The notes below the pieces were generated by a model that worked only from the letters and a program-made list of their open reading frames with translations, searched no databases and was not told where the DNA came from. This document shows positions 51,013 to 64,000 of a DNA stretch of 64,000 bases, in pieces (the first letter of the stretch is position 1; the number at the start of each line of letters is the position of its first letter). The position numbers were made by a program, and so were the translations under genes. This DNA comes from the human T2T-CHM13v2.0 reference genome, Homo sapiens: the NCBI RefSeq assembly GCF_009914755.1, contig NC_060928.1; one strand, 5' to 3'.

Positions 51013-51416
51013 TGTCAGGCCTCTGAGCCCAAGCTAAGCCATCGTATCCCCTGTGACTTGCACATACACATCCCGGTGGCCGGTTCCTGCCTTAACTGAT
51101 GACATTCCACCACAAAAGAAGTGAAAATGGCCTGTTTCTGCCTTAACTGATGACATTGTCTTGTGAAATTCCTTATCCTGGCTCAAAAGCTCCCCTACTG
51201 AGCACCTTGTGATCCCCCACTCTGCCCGCCAGCGAACAACCCCCCTTTGACTGTAATTTTCCTTTATCTACCCAAATCCTATAAAACGGTCCCACCCTTA
51301 TCTCCCTTCGCTGACTCTCTTTTCAGACTCAGCCCGCCTGCACCCAGGTGAAATAAACAGCCATGTTGCTCACACAAAGCCTGTTTGGTGGTCTCTTCAC
51401 ACGGATGCACATGAAA
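51013..51416 (+). mobile_element. HERV-H solo LTR (LTR7)
   Basis: 'tgtcaggcctctgagcccaagctaagcc...ccttaactgatgacatt (x2)...cctataaaacgg...gaaataaacagcc...catgaaa'; 5-bp TSD AATGA at 51008-51012 and 51417-51421. Confidence 0.95.
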
Positions 51417-52320
51417 AATGAAGTGGGGTTTGTCTTGGTTAAAGTTAAGATTTCCAACCGCCTGGTCTTAATTTCTCCTTACCATTAGAGTGCTTGGTAA
51501 TCATGTAAGTTGTGCAATTGTTTGTTTTGCTTAACTTTTGTTTTGTTACTGTTTTTTGTTTCTGGTTTTTGTTGTTGTTTCAGTCTTTTTCTCATTGGGT
51601 TTGATCAACTCTATCCAACTAGATCAAATCCAAAGGAAGTTCCAAATTATGGAACAAGGCCTCTGAAGTGGCTAAATTCCCAGAAAAACGACGACAACAA
51701 CAACAGCAACAACAACTACAAAAACGGTGGTGTGGTAGCAGAGAAATATACCAGCAAAAGGAAAAAAAAGAGGAAAGGCTTTGATTTTGACTACTAATAG
51801 GCTTTATTTACATAGCAAGGTGGCCTTTTTGCTAATCAGGCCAAACTGAAAGAGCAATGGCTATTACTTCTGAAATAGCAGCAATTTGTCCTAGCTGAAA
51901 TATGGTAATGATATTTAAAAACATATTTTTTAAAGGGGCTCAATGGCTAGTCAGCTTAATTAAAAGCTAACATCCAAGATGTGTGTGTGTATGTGTGCAT
52001 ATGTGTGTGTTTGTATTTAAAAGACCCTCATGCTTTTGTTTTTGCTTTTCTCGTAGGACCTTGTCTCTTTTTCGAGCAAAAGTTTTTTCTTCTCAGTTGA
52101 CTGAATTCTGTTTTCTTCACTTGTTTGTTTCCGCTCTCTCTCCTTTCTCTTGCACCCTCTGCTGCATGGGGAACCTAAAATAGTTCATAATAGCCTGGGG
52201 TTCCTTAAAGAAAACAGTGAAGGCACCAGACTCCCTTCGGAGGAGAAACCTGTTTTTCCTTATGGAACCCCAAGAATGCAAACAGACAAGGTCCTCTCAG
52301 CTCTTAAACTGCTTACTTTT

Positions 52321-52722
52321 TTTCACTCACGTCCGTGTGAAGAGACCACCAAACAGGCTTTGTGTGAGCAACAAGGCTGTTTATTTCACCTGGGTGCAGG
52401 CGGGCTGAGTCCGAAAAGAGTCAGCGAAGGCAGATAGGGGTGGGGCCGTTTTATAAGATTTGGGTAGGTAAAGGAAAAAGGGAGGTTGTTCTCTGGCGGG
52501 CAGGGGTGGGGGTCACAAAGTGCTCAGCGGGGGAGCTTTTGAGCCAGGAGGAGCCAGGAGAAGGAATTTCACAAGGTAATGTCATCAGTTAAGGCAGGAA
52601 CAGGCCATTTTCACTTCTTTTGTGGTGGAATGTCATCAGTTAAGGCAGGAACCAGCCATCTGGATGTGTATGTGCAGGTCACAGGGGATATGATGTCTTA
52701 GCTTGGGCTCAGAGGCCTGACA
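52321..52722 (-). mobile_element. HERV-H solo LTR (LTR7), reverse orientation
   Basis: Reverse complement of LTR7 ('tttcactcacgtccgtgtgaagagaccacc' ... 'gctcagaggcctgaca'); 5-bp TSD CTTTT at 52316-52320 and 52723-52727. Confidence 0.95.
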
Positions 52723-53711
52723 CTTTTGTATTGTGTTACCTGGTTTTTTGTTTTTGTTTTTGGCTAACATAGTTATTGCAACAGAGTTTGCTCTTGGGTT
52801 TTTAAGGAAGAGTGTGTTTTAGACACTAGAAATGTCTTTGCTTAAAAAAAATTTTTCTAAGTGCACTTAAAAAAACTTAAAAAAGTATCATGTGGTCTAA
52901 CCTTATTATAATTCTCCCATTCTGGAGACCCTGGAATCAGTGTGGGCTCTGCCCACAGCTCAGGGATCCAGTTAAAAGATAGGTAGTTCCTATCTAAATA
53001 AAACTGGTCTCCTTATCCAATCTTACGATAGATTTCTGTAATTTTATGTTTGATTTGGCATCTATCTTTAATCTCCCTCTAGCATCACCAGACTTTTTCT
53101 CTCAGTACCTTGTGATGTAAATTTTGCTATTTGCATTTCACCTGAGTCGTTTCCTTTAATTTGCAAATTTAAGCGTGTTTACCTGACAACTGCCTAGGGT
53201 TGTGAAACAGATTATCAAAAATCTGAAAGTCTAAGATAGGGAAAAAAAGGTTTTTATAAATCTATAAGATGTAATTTATCAGCATGCCTAATATGTCTAT
53301 GTATTTATATGTTATGTACAGAATGTTTCACTACTCAAAATAGATAAAAGAGCTCTAATTAATTGGCTTAAGAAAACAAAAATGCTTGAATCAAATACTT
53401 TATTGGAAAAAAGAAAAGACTAGTCAAATGCTTATTCAAGTTTATGTAACTTAAGTAAAATCTTTAATAAATAAGCTAGCTTTAAAATTATTGGTAAAGT
53501 AATATTAGAAATGTCTTAAGAATTGCCAGCATACATTTTTGTTTTGTATTTATTAATCAAGCAATTTCATACTTATCCCTGTCAAATGCTATGAGGTGTC
53601 AAAATTTGGCATAGTGGTTACAAAACTATAAAACCAGCCCAAGAAAATGATCTTTCCCTGTGTAATCTTTAAATAAATTAGAGATTGATATTGGTGTAAT
53701 AAGCTACATCA

Positions 53712-54350
<639 letters not shown>

Positions 54351-56446
54351 ACATCTTGAATTTAGTAAGATTACTGTGACTTCTAATCTTGTGGCTTTTG
54401 TCGGTCTAGTCCACAGGCAGTAAGGTTTGTTTTGGGAAAGGACTGTTATCATCTTTCTTTCAAAGCTAAACTATAAACTAAGTTCTTCCCAAAGTTAGTT
54501 CAAACTTTTATCAAAGCCAATTTAAAAGCCTATGTAAAAAAATAATTATTCTTGCTGAGCTGTATACAAATAATTTGGCCAAGTATCATAAAGCAAATGA
54601 ATCCTATCATGATTTGTCTTGAGTAAAAATTAAAAACTGGAGAGAGAATAACTGTGTTTCAAAACCTATACTATACCTGTTGTTAGATTCTAGGTCTTGC
54701 CTAATGTTTTTCAATTTTTATTATTTTCTACAGTTTGGACCAAATTCTAATTTTTCTTGGCTACAAGTCTTCAAAATAATGTTCTCATTTTTTTCTTCTT
54801 TTTTTTCCCCATTTTTCCTAATTTGGAGTCACTGAAAACTAAGCTGTGCTTTCGTAAAGCCCTGTGAACTGAAGCTAGACAACTCGAACTTCAGAAGAAA
54901 ATAACAGCAACCTATTTACATACATAAGCCACTTTCCTACCTGCCTCCAATGTAAGGATTTCAGAGTAATGTGGCCTATATCAATTTTCCAGGATTGTTC
55001 TTTTGCTTATTGTTGTTTTTCTCCCTTCCTCCCCCTATTTTATCTTTAAAGGATATGAAGCTTCACAACTTCTAAAAAATGAGCTTTCCTAATAACTCAG
55101 GACCTATCTGCCTAGGAATAACCCATTGTACCCATGAGAAATTAGAGGAAATCTGAGATCAGAGACTCATTTTCTTTTAACATGTTTTCTCCAAAGATTT
55201 TAAAAAAGAAAAGGGGGGAAATGTGAGAGAAAAATATCCTGCCCCCCCAAGGTTACTAAACTAAAGGGAAAAGTCAAGCTGGGAACTGCTTAGGGCAAAC
55301 TTGCCTCCCATTCTATTCAAAGTCACCCCTTGCTCACTGAGATAAATGCAAATCTGATTGTCTCCTTTGGAGAGGCTAATTAGAAACTCAGAAGAATGCA
55401 ACCATTTGTCTCTTATCTATGTATGACCCGGAAGTCCCCTCCAAGCTTCCAGTTGTCCTGCCTTTCCAGAATGAAACAATGTTCATCTTACCTATGTTGA
55501 TTGATGTCTCATGTCTCCCTGAAATGTATAAAACCAAACTGTGCTCTGACCACCTTGGGCACATGTCATCAGGACCTCCTGAGACTGTGTCACGGGAGCA
55601 AGTCCTCAGCACTGGCAAACTTACTAAATTGACTGAGACCTGTCTTAGATTTTTGGGGTTCACAACATTCATTAGCGATTGGGGGTCTAGGACTGAAATT
55701 TAAAGGCATAGATGAAGTCTGACAGATCCAATCTGATGTTAACTTTGGGATTTTCTTTAGTTACCACTCAGTGCCCCAGTCCTCCTTAAAATACTTTATA
55801 CCTCCAAGTCTCTTTCCTTCCATAAAAGCCAATTGTTTCTCTAACACTAGGTCTCTGCCTTGCTGTTACCTGCCTTCAGAACCTGGGGTCTTCCCTTCAT
55901 AGTTAGGGTTCCCACCAGCTAAGAATTCACGGCCTGGATCTCTGCATATTGCCTATGCTCAGATTGCCTTGCTGCCATGTCCCACCTATCCTGTCACACT
56001 TTTCTCACCTGGAGTTTGATGGTTTCCTTGTCACTCTTCCTCCCTTGCAGTGTGCTCTACTTTGCTTCTCTGGGCAGACCCTTGCATAATCCTGGGTCTG
56101 CCCCTATATGCCTCTAGTAGGAGTTGATGCTGGGCTTGTATTTTGGATAGTCCCAATGGTAAATAAACCCTGACTGTCGTTCATTCATCTGTCAAATATC
56201 ATTATGCTCTACCATGTATTAAGCATTATGCTAGGCACTTGAGATATAATGAGAGAAATAACCATGGAGGAACACAGGAACTCTCATACATTGCTGCAAT
56301 TTGGCAGTATATTGTAAAGTTGAACAGGTACATGCCCTACTCTGCAGCTAATTAATGTCTCGGTATCTACCTATAAAGACTCTTGTTTCTCCTCATTTAC
56401 TTCATTTGCTTTTCTTTCATTTACAACATACTATGTAGGACATACT

Positions 56447-56737
56447 TTTTTTTTTTTTTTTTTTTTTTTGAGATGGAGTCTCTCTCTGTCCCTCAGGCTG
56501 GAGTGCAGTGGAGCAATCTGGGCTTACTGTAACCGCTACCTCCTGAGCTCAAGTAAGGTGGAGGTTGCAGTGAGCCCAGATCCTCCTGCCTCAGCCTTCT
56601 GAGTAGCTGGGATTATAGGCACATGCCACCAAGCCTGGCTCCGGTACATGACTTCAGGTGATCCTGACCTCAGATGACCCACCCACCTCGGCCTCCCAAA
56701 GTGCTGGGATTACAGGCATGAGTCACTGTGTCTGGCT
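56447..56737 (-). mobile_element. Rearranged Alu (internal inverted segment, central deletion)
   Basis: Reverse Alu containing a forward-strand Alu segment at 56556-56581; the middle linker is missing. Confidence 0.85.
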
Positions 56738-57326
56738 GAGCATGCAAAATTTGTAATCGGTAGACATTGTTTATAGGCATGTTTCATAATTATAAAATGA
56801 ATTAAAAATCAGTCACATAAATATATGGGCTTTTTCAAAATAACCCAACATGGAAACCTTGATATCCTTCCCTAGATCTATGGCAGTCTTTGTAGTCTCC
56901 ATGACATTGCACAGCTTGGGTTCAGAAATGACTCTCTAGAAAAACTGAAACACCACACCTCTGTAGATAATGATGTGCAGCTGGGGCTCAGCCACTTGTG
57001 TTAGTGAAGTTCCTTTCACACCAAAGATACTCACCCCACTTCCATATTATATCCAATCATAGTATTTCAACTTCTGTCAAAATTCCCAGTCTCCAACTAT
57101 GGTGCAGCAGATCCTTTCAAATGTAAATACAATAGCATAAACTTATATACTGACAATTCTGTAACATACAGAATTTCATTCTGTATGATTCTATTTAATA
57201 GAGTTTCAAAATATTCATATGGATGACCATAAAAGAAAGTAAGATTAAAGATGTGCTCTTTATGAAAAGGTGTAACCCACATTTCAATCAGGGATACTTT
57301 ATAATCTTTAAAAAACACACCATTGA

Positions 57327-57991
<665 letters not shown>

Positions 57992-58174
57992 CTATTTACT
58001 ACTTCCACAGGAAAATTGTTTGATTTTTGCTCTATTTTAAGCCAAACTTCATATGCAGGGTAAGGCTGAGGCAAAACAAGTGAGAAAGTGGTTGTAGATA
58101 AATGTAAACGAATGACCATGAGATGACCCTTTCAGAACTTGTGCAACACGTATGTCACCAGCCCCATTAGCCTG

Positions 58175-58989
<815 letters not shown>

Positions 58990-59474
58990 CCTGTCACTAC
59001 ATAATGAGGTTATGCTTCATTTTTATATGTATATAATTATGAAAAAAGACTCTGTCTGTTTGCTTACCAGATGTTAGCATGTATTTTTCTACAACATTGT
59101 TTGGAGCGTTTCCTAGAGTACTGCTTGGCTTTTTGTTCAGGAGCCTTGCTGCAGCTGGGTCCTTCCTTGCAGCCTTCCCACCCTGCTGACTGACAGGATG
59201 CTACCTTTATTGCTGCTGATGTTTATCAGACTGATACTCTGCCTCTAATTGCAACTGGCATTGTCTCTCCAGCTCACAGGAGGGGAAACTGTTCTTGTAA
59301 TTCTTCGTAATACAGTTGAGGCCCGGCTAGGACCTTGGCCAGGCTTGGGAGTCATAGGGTTTGCAAACTCAAATGTCAACAGAAGTCTGGCTGGTAATGG
59401 AAGCGTGAAGGCTGCATAGTTTAAGAAATGTGGGCATGCCATTTGGCTTTAATGTTAGGAAATAACAGCCAGTG

Positions 59475-59865
<391 letters not shown>

Positions 59866-62387
59866 TCAAAGCCAACTGATTGTTGATATATGGAAACAGG
59901 GCTTAGTTTTTCCAGTTACGATTTTGCAAAAGAACTCTGCAATTTATATTTTTTAAGGGAAATATTCTTATTTTTCAATACTGGCAACTAATTCTTTTTT
60001 TTTTTTTTTTTAAAGAAAGTGCTGTGGCCAAACCAAATATTTCTGTGGGCCTCCATAGAACTATGAAACACTAATCTATGACCATTGACTAACAACTGCT
60101 ACCGGAAGTAGTTACTTGCTACTCCCAGGACTCACAGTCCAACTATCTTTTAGATTCCCTGCATAGCAACCGGCAGACCTCCATGTAGCATGAGCTGACA
60201 CAGACAGACATACAGACATACACACACACACATGCACACGCACATTTACAGAGTGCATATGAATGAAAATCCCATTTATATCAGGAGAAAAACCCACATC
60301 CTCCCCAATATTGGTGTTGGGCTCCACAGACTACTCAAAGCCATCACTGTGGTTTGCCCATTTAGTCTCAAATAACACTTTATGTGGAAGAGAAATGTTA
60401 CATTATAGTCCATATGCCACTGCGTCAAATCCAATGCACTTTGCATTCAATCTTGCCTTCAGGATGAGGTAAAGAAAAGTTGCTACTGTATGCATGGCAT
60501 AATCTCATCTCCTATCTCCTGGAAGCAAATGGTTAAACAAAAATTATAAACACAACTTCCAAGAACAAAATAGTAATTTTCAGTAGCAAGTAGCCTGAAT
60601 TCAGATTTAAGATAAACTATGTCTAACTCTGTGGAGGTTCAGCCTGGCTAATAAATCAAATTTACATTAAGGTCAGGGCTCTGGTGGGACTATTCCCTTA
60701 TATTCAGGAGTGTCTTCAAGAATAATGGAAAGCTACTTGAGTACAAGAGTAAAAGGGCCCACTCAATTTCCACATCAGAATGCGGGAAAACCACATGCCA
60801 TATTCTCATTGGAAACTTCTCCTGCTTCAAAATTTAAAGTTCATTCTGCACCAGATAATCCATTTGATTAAAAGAAAACAACTTCTGAGGGCTAACCTGT
60901 TAAATAAGCCCACATCCAAAGTCATCTTAAAGGTGACTATCAGAGCAATAAAATGAAACAGTAACCCTGCTTGAAGGCAAAACAAATTTGAAGAACAATT
61001 CAGCCAGAGGTAGAGTCTTGAAGTCTAACACCAGCTGTAAGAAATGAACACTATGCTGGAGAAGAGGTGAGAGATCAGGCTACCTTGTTTTTGAGTAACC
61101 TAGCATGTAGATATCTATTGTGCAGGAAGATGTATCAGGTACCTTGGAATTACAGAACTAATGTCTATGGTGCTGAATTTATGCTAAGAAATATTCTGAT
61201 AATTTAATTTTCCCATTAAGAAAAAGTTTGCTGGTCAACCTGAAAAATATGGTCTATTTGGCCAGATTGACAATATTTCTCATTATAAATTAACAAATAA
61301 GTTTTCTGGTTATATACTTTAGTTACACAAATATATTGTGTAATTGTATGATATGATTACATTGAGAGGGTCTAAATATTTTATATACTTAAGAAATATT
61401 AGGTAAGTTGATTTTAAATAGGCATTACAGATGGCAACATAAGTAAATTAAAATATCACCTTATACAGTCAACTCATTTTTAACTTTTCTTTATTCATGC
61501 ACTGGAAACATGCATTTTTATTTTTATTTCTCAAACTATTTTTTAAGATTAAATGAATTCATTTTTCTTTACCTGCAGAAAATTGCCCTGTCATTAAGAA
61601 AGAGGAAGAAGAGAACATTCATATTTATTGACAGCATTGTTTGGCCTCTTATATATATAAAATGTCATTTGTTTTGCACAATAACCCTGGGGAAAAAAGG
61701 TATTCTCCCTGTGTAATAAAAATAGGTTGAGGCATGTTTAGTAAAACATGCCCTAGGTCACACAGCTAGTAAATTGTGGGCTAAGATGACTCTTTTATTC
61801 TTTATGATTTTTTTATTGGCACATTGTAGCCTAAAATTCTAAAAGAACATATAATCTTGTGTGCTACTAAAAATTTTAATCTGCTCTACCCAAGGTTTAA
61901 GTAGTATTTGAATGAGCCAGATTGGGAGAGGCCGTGACTCAGTCAGAGTCAGACTGTCAGACTTGCAGTGTTGTTTGGAAAGATGGGTTTCTGAGATGGG
62001 CATTAGGCCAGGGACATCAGGCTTCAAGTAAATCTAAAATCTAGGAGATTATTCTTTGTAGGGTAGAGGAGACGCAAAGGACATAGGTTTAAAATAAGCA
62101 TATTAACCTGTGCAGCTGCATTAATGAGTGCGGCTTCAAAAGAATCTCTTCAGTAACAGAGAAAATAATGACTATATTCATACATAGTAGGCCATTGACA
62201 GAAGACCCAGGAATAAGATCAGCCATATATTGTATCTGAAATATGGCTAAAGTGTAATTAAATATTTAATATTAAACTAAACTCATATAGAACTGGGAAA
62301 TAAGACCATCAAATTCTCAGTTATTGTTATCTCTGAAAGTGGCTTTGTTTAGTTGATAATTTGACTAGGGTTAGAATTATAGGTCCA

Positions 62388-62417
62388 ATATATACATATA
62401 TATATACACACACACAC

Positions 62418-62450
<33 letters not shown>
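62388..62450. repeat. (TA)n/(CA)n microsatellite
   Basis: Direct reading of the sequence. Confidence 0.9.
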
Positions 62451-62451
<1 letters not shown>

Positions 62452-63673
62452 TTTTTTTCCAACTCAATATTTTGCTCAAGTGTTTAATTGCAAGTAGTAT
62501 GCTGATGAAAAATCTGTTGTTAATCTTGTTCTTATTTTCCTGTAAGGAATCTTTCTTTTCTCTCTAGCAGTGTCAGAAATTTCCTTTTTATACTTAGTAT
62601 TCTAAGATTTCACCATCTTGTACCTGTCTTTTTAATTTTGCATGGCTTTCACTGACCCATTATGTAGTTTCATGTCTTTATAAAGTTCTGGAAAATTTTA
62701 GGCTATTACCTCCTGAAATATTTTTTCCCTACATTCTGTCTAAATCTATTGAAAAGAGTTACGAGTGGGTAGGTAATTTGGTGACTGGTCTCTTGGTATG
62801 AGAGCATCTCATTCCTTTTGGTGTCACCAATTCTCTAATACACTGCCCTATTTCTCTGCAATAAGAACTGTATTCATCTTTCCTTTGTGGAGATAGATAT
62901 TGCTATTTGTCTTATAGGAGGGAGTGGAGAGAGATACTCAGGGGCTGACCTGTCTGGGTTCTCCCTTTGTGGGGCTCCAACTAATCATCCTGCCAATGGC
63001 TTTTGGGTACCCCTCCTGCTCCTGGATTTCATTCCTTCCAGGCATGGAGCATTTATCTTGTTGGTCTCACCTCCTGGGTTAGAACTTTTCTGAAGGAATC
63101 ATGGGCTGTGACCTCTTTCTTTTCTGCTCATATTTTTCAAAGACTAATTATTATTTCTGTCGTTTTCACCATAGATATTTTTATTTATTTAAAAAATAAA
63201 TTTTCCTTAATTTTTATGAATTTAGTGTAAGAGGAGGGATTATATTAAATGCTCACCATTTTAAAATTAGAAGTCTGTCTTCTATCTTTCCTTCACTAAT
63301 ATGTGTGTTTTGTACTTAGTCATATGGTCAAATACTTGTACATAAAATTATCTGAAAAAGCAAATGAAAAATTAACTAGATTTCCCCGTCGTATTTGCAT
63401 GTATTCCTTACAAACTTACCTCAGTCTTCATTTTTTCCTGCTCTGTCCATTTTCATCCAAAACATACACATATACATCATACAGTCAAGATAAGCATGCA
63501 TATATCACAGGTATCTTTAACACAGTTTGAAGATGTAACCCTTCATTAAATGATGATGGAGAAAAAATAAAGGTAAACTTAGAGGGTATAGTTGAGAGAC
63601 AGTATTAAAACAATTGACTTTTAACCTTATTGGTCTTGATTATGGAACAGAGATGGGTGAATCGTTCATTTAG

Positions 63674-63973
<300 letters not shown>

Positions 63974-64000
63974 CATTTAGATTTTATGTTATTTATTTAT

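Overview
This is primate, most likely human, intergenic DNA. It is AT-rich and dominated by interspersed repeats: about 35 Alus, old L1 fragments, DNA transposon relics, and a dense set of LTR/ERV elements, many nested and with clear target-site duplications (TSDs). The only gene-like sequence is a full-length processed retrocopy of metallothionein-2A mRNA (21326-21741). It has an intact 61-aa, 20-Cys ORF and is probably MT2P1 on chr4q13; that assignment is from memory and not verified. About 2.5 kb upstream is an orphan CpG-retaining promoter-like segment (ZNF143/SBS, NF-Y, ETS, YY1, MRE and PAR-bZIP motifs), and a cluster of CTCF-like sites lies next to the insertion. Most notable structures: (1) a ~5.9 kb MER21/ERVL-type element arranged as R-U5-internal-U3-R-polyA with a TSD-like flank, which looks like an ERV genomic RNA retrotransposed by L1 rather than by integrase; (2) two independent HERV-H LTR7 solo LTRs facing each other 904 bp apart inside a complete MER4 provirus; (3) a 36-nt U2 snRNA 5' fragment; (4) several templated duplications. 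Repeat family names were assigned from remembered consensus sequences, so subfamily calls are tentative. Almost all ORFs in the supplied track are Alu, MaLR or microsatellite artefacts.
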